A stretch of 64,000 bases of DNA from Mytilus trossulus (GCF_036588685.1 NC_086377.1:45942001-46006000), one strand, 5' to 3'. Shown: positions 1-12,502, counted from the stretch's first letter. Made by a program: numbers and translations. The notes: a model not told the origin generated them from the sequence alone.

Positions 1-156
1 TAAAAAGAGGAGAGGCGTTGTATTTGAAAGGATGTCATCAAATGAATTTGTTTTTACGTGAATTACCAGCAATGCCCATTATATATCCGTGGATGATACG
101 ATTATGTGTCGCGAATTCCACCGTCCTCTTAATCAATTGAAAACCTTGAAAGAGTC

Positions 157-166
157 AAAAAAGAAA
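157..166 (-). terminator. Pol III terminator of tRNA-Gly (present in every unit)
   Basis: Minus strand TTTCTTTTTT directly after the gene. Confidence 0.85.
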
Positions 167-237
167 TGCATCGGCCGGGAATCGAACCCGGGCCGCCCGC
201 GTGGCAGGCGAGCATTCTACCACTGAACCACCGATGC
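167..237 (-). tRNA. tRNA-Gly(GCC)
   Basis: 71 nt GCATCGGTGGTTCAGTGGTAGAATGCTCGCCTGCCACGCGGGCGGCCCGGGTTCGATTCCCGGCCGATGCA; full cloverleaf, A and B boxes, anticodon GCC. Confidence 0.97.
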
Positions 238-261
238 TTATGACTACCTCATGTTAAACTT

Positions 262-276
262 GATCATATAAGGACA
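262..276 (-). promoter_or_regulatory. TATA-like upstream element of tRNA-Gly (-39 to -25), in all units
   Basis: gatcatataaggaca is conserved exactly between A/B/C and the diverged D spacer, at the expected TBP/TFIIIB position. Confidence 0.65.
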
Positions 277-866
277 CATGTTACCTGATATGTATGGTAT
301 AAATGCATGTTAATATGATACTGAAATTGTCGGTAGAAACACGTACGGCACAAATACATTTGAAAAGAGGAAATCGGCGATAATTTAGATCTCATTTGTT
401 CAGCTGCAGCATATCATTGAATATCAACTGGAGGTTGAAATATAATGACCAGAAAAAACGCTACTGTCGGCTTCGTGTATAATTTGAAACTTAAATATAA
501 GCTTATACCCGCGTAGTTAAAAAAAAAAATCGTGATCTTAAAGGGATAACTAACCTCAAGTCTTTCAAAGAAGACCTAATCGCAAAACGAAAAGTTCTGT
601 AATTTGACATGATTTCTGTTGCGGTTTCCATGACAGACAACTAGAACTCGGTAAAGTCGACATATGGTACATGCTAATTTTCATACTCCATGTAATTATA
701 AGCTAAATGCATAACTTCGCCCTTTACCAATTGTACGTTTCTGCATCTAATATTTACCGACTGGTCTAGTTTTGTGAGCTTTGAATACTATCCTGTCATT
801 CTGTCAGCTAAATCACAGTTATCATATGTTGACACAATCATAAATGTATTAGGCTGGGTAAGGACT

Positions 867-891
867 CTTTTATATATAGCTTAAATTAAGC
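867..891 (+). promoter_or_regulatory. TATA-like element plus palindrome upstream of tRNA-Glu, in all units
   Basis: TTATATATA at about -35 to -27 followed by GCTTAAATTAAGC; D keeps ttatatgtagcttaaattaagc. Confidence 0.65.
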
Positions 892-904
892 AAGTTATAC
901 TAAG

Positions 905-976
905 TCCGATGTGGTCTAGTGGTTAGGATTTCTGGTTTTCACCCAGACGGCCCGGGTTCGATTCCCGGCATCGGAG
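905..976 (+). tRNA. tRNA-Glu(TTC)
   Basis: 72 nt; acceptor TCCGATG/CATCGGA, anticodon arm TCTGG-TTTTCAC-CCAGA, T arm CCGGG-TTCGATT-CCCGG. Confidence 0.97.
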
Positions 977-982
977 CTTTAA

Positions 983-988
983 TTTTTT
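983..988 (+). terminator. Pol III terminator of tRNA-Glu (present in every unit; T5 in block D)
   Basis: T6 run 6 nt downstream of the gene. Confidence 0.85.
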
Positions 989-1607
989 GTGATTGGAGGA
1001 AACAAATGTCAAAAGTCACGAAAACGATATGCAGGATTCACATACTCATCAGAGCGAACAAATTGCAATTGTTCCTCGCAACGTATGTTATCTAGCAGTT
1101 TGCATCTGCCGCTGTTTTGTGCCTTAACATGATTAGGTCTTTAAATGACACTGACTGAAATGAGATGGGTAACCATCACACCTGCAAAAGAATGTACTTT
1201 AACAAATAATGACTTTGTGTTTAAGAGTCATGTTTATGTTTTATGCATTTCTTGTCATTTAGTCAGTTGTTATGACATTATCCCCTCTTAGATACGATCA
1301 CGTAATTCCTGTGTTTGCCACTCTCTCTACGATTCCCCTCAATTGCTAAAAATGGTAGCACCGGAGCCATTCACTCCTGGCACACTTATAAAAGGCGTTC
1401 TCGACAATTTATTTGTATCTTATTCAAGATTGACCTCTACGTAAAAAGAGGAGAGGCGTTGTATTTGAAAGGATGTCATCAAATGAATTTGTTTTTACGT
1501 GAATTACCAGCAATGCCCATTATATATCCGTGGATGATACGATTATGTGTCGCGAATTCCACCGTCCTCTTAATCAATTGAAAACCTTGAAAGAGTCAAA
1601 AAAGAAA

Positions 1608-1678
1608 TGCATCGGCCGGGAATCGAACCCGGGCCGCCCGCGTGGCAGGCGAGCATTCTACCACTGAACCACCGATGC
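1608..1678 (-). tRNA. tRNA-Gly(GCC)
   Basis: Copy of 167-237. Confidence 0.96.
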
Positions 1679-2345
1679 TTATGACTACCTCATGTTAAAC
1701 TTGATCATATAAGGACACATGTTACCTGATATGTATGGTATAAATGCATGTTAATATGATACTGAAATTGTCGGTAGAAACACGTACGGCACAAATACAT
1801 TTGAAAAGAGGAAATCGGCGATAATTTAGATCTCATTTGTTCAGCTGCAGCATATCATTGAATATCAACTGGAGGTTGAAATATAATGACCAGAAAAAAC
1901 GCTACTGTCGGCTTCGTGTATAATTTGAAACTTAAATATAAGCTTATACCCGCGTAGTTAAAAAAAAAAATCGTGATCTTAAAGGGATAACTAACCTCAA
2001 GTCTTTCAAAGAAGACCTAATCGCAAAACGAAAAGTTCTGTAATTTGACATGATTTCTGTTGCGGTTTCCATGACAGACAACTAGAACTCGGTAAAGTCG
2101 ACATATGGTACATGCTAATTTTCATACTCCATGTAATTATAAGCTAAATGCATAACTTCGCCCTTTACCAATTGTACGTTTCTGCATCTAATATTTACCG
2201 ACTGGTCTAGTTTTGTGAGCTTTGAATACTATCCTGTCATTCTGTCAGCTAAATCACAGTTATCATATGTTGACACAATCATAAATGTATTAGGCTGGGT
2301 AAGGACTCTTTTATATATAGCTTAAATTAAGCAAGTTATACTAAG

Positions 2346-2417
2346 TCCGATGTGGTCTAGTGGTTAGGATTTCTGGTTTTCACCCAGACGGCCCGGGTTC
2401 GATTCCCGGCATCGGAG
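2346..2417 (+). tRNA. tRNA-Glu(TTC)
   Basis: Copy of 905-976. Confidence 0.96.
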
Positions 2418-3048
2418 CTTTAATTTTTTGTGATTGGAGGAAACAAATGTCAAAAGTCACGAAAACGATATGCAGGATTCACATACTCATCAGAGCGAAC
2501 AAATTGCAATTGTTCCTCGCAACGTATGTTATCTAGCAGTTTGCATCTGCCGCTGTTTTGTGCCTTAACATGATTAGGTCTTTAAATGACACTGACTGAA
2601 ATGAGATGGGTAACCATCACACCTGCAAAAGAATGTACTTTAACAAATAATGACTTTATGTTTAAGAGTCATGTTTATGTTTTATGCATTTCTTGTCATT
2701 TAGTCAGTTGTTATGACATTATCCCCTCTTAGATACGATCACGTAATTCCTGTGTTTGCCACTCTCTCTACGATTCCCCTCAATTGCTAAAAATGGTAGC
2801 ACCGGAGCCATTCACTCCTGGCACACTTATAAAAGGCGTTCTCGACAATTTATTTGTATCTTATTCAAGATTGACCTCTACGTAAAAAGAGGAGAGGCGT
2901 TGTATTTGAAAGGATGTCATCAAATGAATTTGTTTTTACGTGAATTACCAGCAATGCCCATTATATATCCGTGGATGATACGATTATGTGTCGCGAATTC
3001 CACCGTCCTCTTAATCAATTGAAAACCTTGAAAGAGTCAAAAAAGAAA

Positions 3049-3119
3049 TGCATCGGCCGGGAATCGAACCCGGGCCGCCCGCGTGGCAGGCGAGCATTCT
3101 ACCACTGAACCACCGATGC
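3049..3119 (-). tRNA. tRNA-Gly(GCC)
   Basis: Copy of 167-237. Confidence 0.96.
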
Positions 3120-3786
3120 TTATGACTACCTCATGTTAAACTTGATCATATAAGGACACATGTTACCTGATATGTATGGTATAAATGCATGTTAATATGA
3201 TACTGAAATTGTCGGTAGAAACACGTACGGCACAAATACATTTGAAAAGAGGAAATCGGCGATAATTTAGATCTCATTTGTTCAGCTGCAGCATATCATT
3301 GAATATCAACTGGAGGTTGAAATATAATGACCAGAAAAAACGCTACTGTCGGCTTCGTGTATAATTTGAAACTTAAATATAAGCTTATACCCGCGTAGTT
3401 AAAAAAAAAAATCGTGATCTTAAAGGGATAACTAACCTCAAGTCTTTCAAAGAAGACCTAATCGCAAAACGAAAAGTTCTGTAATTTGACATGATTTCTG
3501 TTGCGGTTTCCATGACAGACAACTAGAACTCGGTAAAGTCGACATATGGTACATGCTAATTTTCATACTCCATGTAATTATAAGCTAAATGCATAACTTC
3601 GCCCTTTACCAATTGTACGTTTCTGCATCTAATATTTACCGACTGGTCTAGTTTTGTGAGCTTTGAATACTATCCTGTCATTCTGTCAGCTAAATCACAG
3701 TTATCATATGTTGACACAATCATAAATGTATTAGGCTGGGTAAGGACTCTTTTATATATAGCTTAAATTAAGCAAGTTATACTAAG

Positions 3787-3858
3787 TCCGATGTGGTCTA
3801 GTGGTTAGGATTTCTGGTTTTCACCCAGACGGCCCGGGTTCGATTCCCGGCATCGGAG
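3787..3858 (+). tRNA. tRNA-Glu(TTC)
   Basis: Copy of 905-976. Confidence 0.96.
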
Positions 3859-4489
3859 CTTTAATTTTTTGTGATTGGAGGAAACAAATGTCAAAAGTCA
3901 CGAAAACGATATGCAGGATTCACATACTCATCAGAGCGAACAAATTGCAATTGTTCCTCGCAACGTATGTTATCTAGCAGTTTGCATCTGCCGCTGTTTT
4001 GTGCCTTAACATGATTAGGTCTTTAAATGACACTGACTGAAATGAGATGGGTAACCATCACACCTGCAAAAGAATGTACTTTAACAAATAATGACTTTAT
4101 GTTTAAGAGTCATGTTTATGTTTTATGCATTTCTTGTCATTTAGTCAGTTGTTATGACATTATCCCCTCTTAGATACGATCACGTAATTCCTGTGTTTGC
4201 CACTCTCTCTACGATTCCCCTCAATTGCTAAAAATGGTAGCACCGGAGCCATTCACTCCTGGCACACTTATAAAAGGCGTTCTCGACAATTTATTTGTAT
4301 CTTATTCAAGATTGACCTCTACGTAAAAAGAGGAGAGGCGTTGTATTTGAAAGGATGTCATCAAATGAATTTGTTTTTACGTGAATTACCAGCAATGCCC
4401 ATTATATATCCGTGGATGATACGATTATGTGTCGCGAATTCCACCGTCCTCTTAATCAATTGAAAACCTTGAAAGAGTCAAAAAAGAAA

Positions 4490-4560
4490 TGCATCGGCCG
4501 GGAATCGAACCCGGGCCGCCCGCGTGGCAGGCGAGCATTCTACCACTGAACCACCGATGC
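4490..4560 (-). tRNA. tRNA-Gly(GCC)
   Basis: Copy of 167-237. Confidence 0.96.
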
Positions 4561-5227
4561 TTATGACTACCTCATGTTAAACTTGATCATATAAGGACAC
4601 ATGTTACCTGATATGTATGGTATAAATGCATGTTAATATGATACTGAAATTGTCGGTAGAAACACGTACGGCACAAATACATTTGAAAAGAGGAAATCGG
4701 CGATAATTTAGATCTCATTTGTTCAGCTGCAGCATATCATTGAATATCAACTGGAGGTTGAAATATAATGACCAGAAAAAACGCTACTGTCGGCTTCGTG
4801 TATAATTTGAAACTTAAATATAAGCTTATACCCGCGTAGTTAAAAAAAAAAATCGTGATCTTAAAGGGATAACTAACCTCAAGTCTTTCAAAGAAGACCT
4901 AATCGCAAAACGAAAAGTTCTGTAATTTGACATGATTTCTGTTGCGGTTTCCATGACAGACAACTAGAACTCGGTAAAGTCGACATATGGTACATGCTAA
5001 TTTTCATACTCCATGTAATTATAAGCTAAATGCATAACTTCGCCCTTTACCAATTGTACGTTTCTGCATCTAATATTTACCGACTGGTCTAGTTTTGTGA
5101 GCTTTGAATACTATCCTGTCATTCTGTCAGCTAAATCACAGTTATCATATGTTGACACAATCATAAATGTATTAGGCTGGGTAAGGACTCTTTTATATAT
5201 AGCTTAAATTAAGCAAGTTATACTAAG

Positions 5228-5299
5228 TCCGATGTGGTCTAGTGGTTAGGATTTCTGGTTTTCACCCAGACGGCCCGGGTTCGATTCCCGGCATCGGAG
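5228..5299 (+). tRNA. tRNA-Glu(TTC)
   Basis: Copy of 905-976. Confidence 0.96.
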
Positions 5300-5930
5300 C
5301 TTTAATTTTTTGTGATTGGAGGAAACAAATGTCAAAAGTCACGAAAACGATATGCAGGATTCACATACTCATCAGAGCGAACAAATTGCAATTGTTCCTC
5401 GCAACGTATGTTATCTAGCAGTTTGCATCTGCCGCTGTTTTGTGCCTTAACATGATTAGGTCTTTAAATGACACTGACTGAAATGAGATGGGTAACCATC
5501 ACACCTGCAAAAGAATGTACTTTAACAAATAATGACTTTATGTTTAAGAGTCATGTTTATGTTTTATGCATTTCTTGTCATTTAGTCAGTTGTTATGACA
5601 TTATCCCCTCTTAGATACGATCACGTAATTCCTGTGTTTGCCACTCTCTCTACGATTCCCCTCAATTGCTAAAAATGGTAGCACCGGAGCCATTCACTCC
5701 TGGCACACTTATAAAAGGCGTTCTCGACAATTTATTTGTATCTTATTCAAGATTGACCTCTACGTAAAAAGAGGAGAGGCGTTGTATTTGAAAGGATGTC
5801 ATCAAATGAATTTGTTTTTACGTGAATTACCAGCAATGCCCATTATATATCCGTGGATGATACGATTATGTGTCGCGAATTCCACCGTCCTCTTAATCAA
5901 TTGAAAACCTTGAAAGAGTCAAAAAAGAAA

Positions 5931-6001
5931 TGCATCGGCCGGGAATCGAACCCGGGCCGCCCGCGTGGCAGGCGAGCATTCTACCACTGAACCACCGATG
6001 C
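5931..6001 (-). tRNA. tRNA-Gly(GCC)
   Basis: Copy of 167-237. Confidence 0.96.
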
Positions 6002-6667
6002 TTATGACTACCTCATGTTAAACTTGATCATATAAGGACACATGTTACCTGATATGTATGGTATAAATGCATGTTAATATGATACTGAAATTGTCGGTAG
6101 AAACACGTACGGCACAAATACATTTGAAAAGAGGAAATCGGCGATAATTTAGATCTCATTTGTTCAGCTGCAGCATATCATTGAATATCAACTGGAGGTT
6201 GAAATATAATGACCAGAAAAAACGCTACTGTCGGCTTCGTGTATAATTTGAAACTTAAATATAAGCTTATACCCGCGTAGTTAAAAAAAAAATCGTGATC
6301 TTAAAGGGATAACTAACCTCAAGTCTTTCAAAGAAGACCTAATCGCAAAACGAAAAGTTCTGTAATTTGACATGATTTCTGTTGCGGTTTCCATGACAGA
6401 CAACTAGAACTCGGTAAAGTCGACATATGGTACATGCTAATTTTCATACTCCATGTAATTATAAGCTAAATGCATAACTTCGCCCTTTACCAATTGTACG
6501 TTTCTGCATCTAATATTTACCGACTGGTCTAGTTTTGTGAGCTTTGAATACTATCCTGTCATTCTGTCAGCTAAATCACAGTTATCATATGTTGACACAA
6601 TCATAAATGTATTAGGCTGGGTAAGGACTCTTTTATATATAGCTTAAATTAAGCAAGTTATACTAAG

Positions 6668-6739
6668 TCCGATGTGGTCTAGTGGTTAGGATTTCTGGTT
6701 TTCACCCAGACGGCCCGGGTTCGATTCCCGGCATCGGAG
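6668..6739 (+). tRNA. tRNA-Glu(TTC)
   Basis: Copy of 905-976. Confidence 0.96.
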
Positions 6740-7370
6740 CTTTAATTTTTTGTGATTGGAGGAAACAAATGTCAAAAGTCACGAAAACGATATGCAGGAT
6801 TCACATACTCATCAGAGCGAACAAATTGCAATTGTTCCTCGCAACGTATGTTATCTAGCAGTTTGCATCTGCCGCTGTTTTGTGCCTTAACATGATTAGG
6901 TCTTTAAATGACACTGACTGAAATGAGATGGGTAACCATCACACCTGCAAAAGAATGTACTTTAACAAATAATGACTTTATGTTTAAGAGTCATGTTTAT
7001 GTTTTATGCATTTCTTGTCATTTAGTCAGTTGTTATGACATTATCCCCTCTTAGATACGATCACGTAATTCCTGTGTTTGCCACTCTCTCTACGATTCCC
7101 CTCAATTGCTAAAAATGGTAGCACCGGAGCCATTCACTCCTGGCACACTTATAAAAGGCGTTCTCGACAATTTATTTGTATCTTATTCAAGATTGACCTC
7201 TACGTAAAAAGAGGAGAGGCGTTGTATTTGAAAGGATGTCATCAAATGAATTTGTTTTTACGTGAATTACCAGCAATGCCCATTATATATCCGTGGATGA
7301 TACGATTATGTGTCGCGAATTCCACCGTCCTCTTAATCAATTGAAAACCTTGAAAGAGTCAAAAAAGAAA

Positions 7371-7441
7371 TGCATCGGCCGGGAATCGAACCCGGGCCGC
7401 CCGCGTGGCAGGCGAGCATTCTACCACTGAACCACCGATGC
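7371..7441 (-). tRNA. tRNA-Gly(GCC)
   Basis: Copy of 167-237. Confidence 0.96.
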
Positions 7442-8108
7442 TTATGACTACCTCATGTTAAACTTGATCATATAAGGACACATGTTACCTGATATGTATG
7501 GTATAAATGCATGTTAATATGATACTGAAATTGTCGGTAGAAACACGTACGGCACAAATACATTTGAAAAGAGGAAATCGGCGATAATTTAGATCTCATT
7601 TGTTCAGCTGCAGCATATCATTGAATATCAACTGGAGGTTGAAATATAATGACCAGAAAAAACGCTACTGTCGGCTTCGTGTATAATTTGAAACTTAAAT
7701 ATAAGCTTATACCCGCGTAGTTAAAAAAAAAAATCGTGATCTTAAAGGGATAACTAACCTCAAGTCTTTCAAAGAAGACCTAATCGCAAAACGAAAAGTT
7801 CTGTAATTTGACATGATTTCTGTTGCGGTTTCCATGACAGACAACTAGAACTCGGTAAAGTCGACATATGGTACATGCTAATTTTCATACTCCATGTAAT
7901 TATAAGCTAAATGCATAACTTCGCCCTTTACCAATTGTACGTTTCTGCATCTAATATTTACCGACTGGTCTAGTTTTGTGAGCTTTGAATACTATCCTGT
8001 CATTCTGTCAGCTAAATCACAGTTATCATATGTTGACACAATCATAAATGTATTAGGCTGGGTAAGGACTCTTTTATATATAGCTTAAATTAAGCAAGTT
8101 ATACTAAG

Positions 8109-8180
8109 TCCGATGTGGTCTAGTGGTTAGGATTTCTGGTTTTCACCCAGACGGCCCGGGTTCGATTCCCGGCATCGGAG
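8109..8180 (+). tRNA. tRNA-Glu(TTC)
   Basis: Copy of 905-976. Confidence 0.96.
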
Positions 8181-8811
8181 CTTTAATTTTTTGTGATTGG
8201 AGGAAACAAATGTCAAAAGTCACGAAAACGATATGCAGGATTCACATACTCATCAGAGCGAACAAATTGCAATTGTTCCTCGCAACGTATGTTATCTAGC
8301 AGTTTGCATCTGCCGCTGTTTTGTGCCTTAACATGATTAGGTCTTTAAATGACACTGACTGAAATGAGATGGGTAACCATCACACCTGCAAAAGAATGTA
8401 CTTTAACAAATAATGACTTTATGTTTAAGAGTCATGTTTATGTTTTATGCATTTCTTGTCATTTAGTCAGTTGTTATGACATTATCCCCTCTTAGATACG
8501 ATCACGTAATTCCTGTGTTTGCCACTCTCTCTACGATTCCCCTCAATTGCTAAAAATGGTAGCACCGGAGCCATTCACTCCTGGCACACTTATAAAAGGC
8601 GTTCTCGACAATTTATTTGTATCTTATTCAAGATTGACCTCTACGTAAAAAGAGGAGAGGCGTTGTATTTGAAAGGATGTCATCAAATGAATTTGTTTTT
8701 ACGTGAATTACCAGCAATGCCCATTATATATCCGTGGATGATACGATTATGTGTCGCGAATTCCACCGTCCTCTTAATCAATTGAAAACCTTGAAAGAGT
8801 CAAAAAAGAAA

Positions 8812-8882
8812 TGCATCGGCCGGGAATCGAACCCGGGCCGCCCGCGTGGCAGGCGAGCATTCTACCACTGAACCACCGATGC
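8812..8882 (-). tRNA. tRNA-Gly(GCC)
   Basis: Copy of 167-237. Confidence 0.96.
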
Positions 8883-9549
8883 TTATGACTACCTCATGTT
8901 AAACTTGATCATATAAGGACACATGTTACCTGATATGTATGGTATAAATGCATGTTAATATGATACTGAAATTGTCGGTAGAAACACGTACGGCACAAAT
9001 ACATTTGAAAAGAGGAAATCGGCGATAATTTAGATCTCATTTGTTCAGCTGCAGCATATCATTGAATATCAACTGGAGGTTGAAATATAATGACCAGAAA
9101 AAACGCTACTGTCGGCTTCGTGTATAATTTGAAACTTAAATATAAGCTTATACCCGCGTAGTTAAAAAAAAAAATCGTGATCTTAAAGGGATAACTAACC
9201 TCAAGTCTTTCAAAGAAGACCTAATCGCAAAACGAAAAGTTCTGTAATTTGACATGATTTCTGTTGCGGTTTCCATGACAGACAACTAGAACTCGGTAAA
9301 GTCGACATATGGTACATGCTAATTTTCATACTCCATGTAATTATAAGCTAAATGCATAACTTCGCCCTTTACCAATTGTACGTTTCTGCATCTAATATTT
9401 ACCGACTGGTCTAGTTTTGTGAGCTTTGAATACTATCCTGTCATTCTGTCAGCTAAATCACAGTTATCATATGTTGACACAATCATAAATGTATTAGGCT
9501 GGGTAAGGACTCTTTTATATATAGCTTAAATTAAGCAAGTTATACTAAG

Positions 9550-9621
9550 TCCGATGTGGTCTAGTGGTTAGGATTTCTGGTTTTCACCCAGACGGCCCGG
9601 GTTCGATTCCCGGCATCGGAG
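9550..9621 (+). tRNA. tRNA-Glu(TTC)
   Basis: Copy of 905-976. Confidence 0.96.
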
Positions 9622-10252
9622 CTTTAATTTTTTGTGATTGGAGGAAACAAATGTCAAAAGTCACGAAAACGATATGCAGGATTCACATACTCATCAGAGC
9701 GAACAAATTGCAATTGTTCCTCGCAACGTATGTTATCTAGCAGTTTGCATCTGCCGCTGTTTTGTGCCTTAACATGATTAGGTCTTTAAATGACACTGAC
9801 TGAAATGAGATGGGTAACCATCACACCTGCAAAAGAATGTACTTTAACAAATAATGACTTTATGTTTAAGAGTCATGTTTATGTTTTATGCATTTCTTGT
9901 CATTTAGTCAGTTGTTATGACATTATCCCCTCTTAGATACGATCACGTAATTCCTGTGTTTGCCACTCTCTCTACGATTCCCCTCAATTGCTAAAAATGG
10001 TAGCACCGGAGCCATTCACTCCTGGCACACTTATAAAAGGCGTTCTCGACAATTTATTTGTATCTTATTCAAGATTGACCTCTACGTAAAAAGAGGAGAG
10101 GCGTTGTATTTGAAAGGATGTCATCAAATGAATTTGTTTTTACGTGAATTACCAGCAATGCCCATTATATATCCGTGGATGATACGATTATGTGTCGCGA
10201 ATTCCACCGTCCTCTTAATCAATTGAAAACCTTGAAAGAGTCAAAAAAGAAA

Positions 10253-10323
10253 TGCATCGGCCGGGAATCGAACCCGGGCCGCCCGCGTGGCAGGCGAGCA
10301 TTCTACCACTGAACCACCGATGC
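10253..10323 (-). tRNA. tRNA-Gly(GCC)
   Basis: Copy of 167-237. Confidence 0.96.
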
Positions 10324-10990
10324 TTATGACTACCTCATGTTAAACTTGATCATATAAGGACACATGTTACCTGATATGTATGGTATAAATGCATGTTAAT
10401 ATGATACTGAAATTGTCGGTAGAAACACGTACGGCACAAATACATTTGAAAAGAGGAAATCGGCGATAATTTAGATCTCATTTGTTCAGCTGCAGCATAT
10501 CATTGAATATCAACTGGAGGTTGAAATATAATGACCAGAAAAAACGCTACTGTCGGCTTCGTGTATAATTTGAAACTTAAATATAAGCTTATACCCGCGT
10601 AGTTAAAAAAAAAAATCGTGATCTTAAAGGGATAACTAACCTCAAGTCTTTCAAAGAAGACCTAATCGCAAAACGAAAAGTTCTGTAATTTGACATGATT
10701 TCTGTTGCGGTTTCCATGACAGACAACTAGAACTCGGTAAAGTCGACATATGGTACATGCTAATTTTCATACTCCATGTAATTATAAGCTAAATGCATAA
10801 CTTCGCCCTTTACCAATTGTACGTTTCTGCATCTAATATTTACCGACTGGTCTAGTTTTGTGAGCTTTGAATACTATCCTGTCATTCTGTCAGCTAAATC
10901 ACAGTTATCATATGTTGACACAATCATAAATGTATTAGGCTGGGTAAGGACTCTTTTATATATAGCTTAAATTAAGCAAGTTATACTAAG

Positions 10991-11062
10991 TCCGATGTGG
11001 TCTAGTGGTTAGGATTTCTGGTTTTCACCCAGACGGCCCGGGTTCGATTCCCGGCATCGGAG
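10991..11062 (+). tRNA. tRNA-Glu(TTC)
   Basis: Copy of 905-976. Confidence 0.96.
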
Positions 11063-11693
11063 CTTTAATTTTTTGTGATTGGAGGAAACAAATGTCAAAA
11101 GTCACGAAAACGATATGCAGGATTCACATACTCATCAGAGCGAACAAATTGCAATTGTTCCTCGCAACGTATGTTATCTAGCAGTTTGCATCTGCCGCTG
11201 TTTTGTGCCTTAACATGATTAGGTCTTTAAATGACACTGACTGAAATGAGATGGGTAACCATCACACCTGCAAAAGAATGTACTTTAACAAATAATGACT
11301 TTATGTTTAAGAGTCATGTTTATGTTTTATGCATTTCTTGTCATTTAGTCAGTTGTTATGACATTATCCCCTCTTAGATACGATCACGTAATTCCTGTGT
11401 TTGCCACTCTCTCTACGATTCCCCTCAATTGCTAAAAATGGTAGCACCGGAGCCATTCACTCCTGGCACACTTATAAAAGGCGTTCTCGACAATTTATTT
11501 GTATCTTATTCAAGATTGACCTCTACGTAAAAAGAGGAGAGGCGTTGTATTTGAAAGGATGTCATCAAATGAATTTGTTTTTACGTGAATTACCAGCAAT
11601 GCCCATTATATATCCGTGGATGATACGATTATGTGTCGCGAATTCCACCGTCCTCTTAATCAATTGAAAACCTTGAAAGAGTCAAAAAAGAAA

Positions 11694-11764
11694 TGCATCG
11701 GCCGGGAATCGAACCCGGGCCGCCCGCGTGGCAGGCGAGCATTCTACCACTGAACCACCGATGC
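11694..11764 (-). tRNA. tRNA-Gly(GCC)
   Basis: Copy of 167-237. Confidence 0.96.
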
Positions 11765-12431
11765 TTATGACTACCTCATGTTAAACTTGATCATATAAGG
11801 ACACATGTTACCTGATATGTATGGTATAAATGCATGTTAATATGATACTGAAATTGTCGGTAGAAACACGTACGGCACAAATACATTTGAAAAGAGGAAA
11901 TCGGCGATAATTTAGATCTCATTTGTTCAGCTGCAGCATATCATTGAATATCAACTGGAGGTTGAAATATAATGACCAGAAAAAACGCTACTGTCGGCTT
12001 CGTGTATAATTTGAAACTTAAATATAAGCTTATACCCGCGTAGTTAAAAAAAAAAATCGTGATCTTAAAGGGATAACTAACCTCAAGTCTTTCAAAGAAG
12101 ACCTAATCGCAAAACGAAAAGTTCTGTAATTTGACATGATTTCTGTTGCGGTTTCCATGACAGACAACTAGAACTCGGTAAAGTCGACATATGGTACATG
12201 CTAATTTTCATACTCCATGTAATTATAAGCTAAATGCATAACTTCGCCCTTTACCAATTGTACGTTTCTGCATCTAATATTTACCGACTGGTCTAGTTTT
12301 GTGAGCTTTGAATACTATCCTGTCATTCTGTCAGCTAAATCACAGTTATCATATGTTGACACAATCATAAATGTATTAGGCTGGGTAAGGACTCTTTTAT
12401 ATATAGCTTAAATTAAGCAAGTTATACTAAG

Positions 12432-12502
12432 TCCGATGTGGTCTAGTGGTTAGGATTTCTGGTTTTCACCCAGACGGCCCGGGTTCGATTCCGGCATCGG
12501 AG
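12432..12502 (+). tRNA. tRNA-Glu(TTC) with 1-bp deletion in T arm (defective copy or sequencing error)
   Basis: GATTCCGGC instead of GATTCCCGGC; 71 nt. Confidence 0.8.

Noticed and set aside
936-942. Internal T4 run in the Glu anticodon loop as a premature Pol III terminator or odd anticodon
   Set aside because: The loop TTTTCAC is a normal 7-nt loop with anticodon TTC, also found in functional animal Glu(TTC) genes.
6283-6292. 1-bp unit length differences in the spacer poly-A run
   Set aside because: Homopolymer slippage or sequencing error; no evident meaning.
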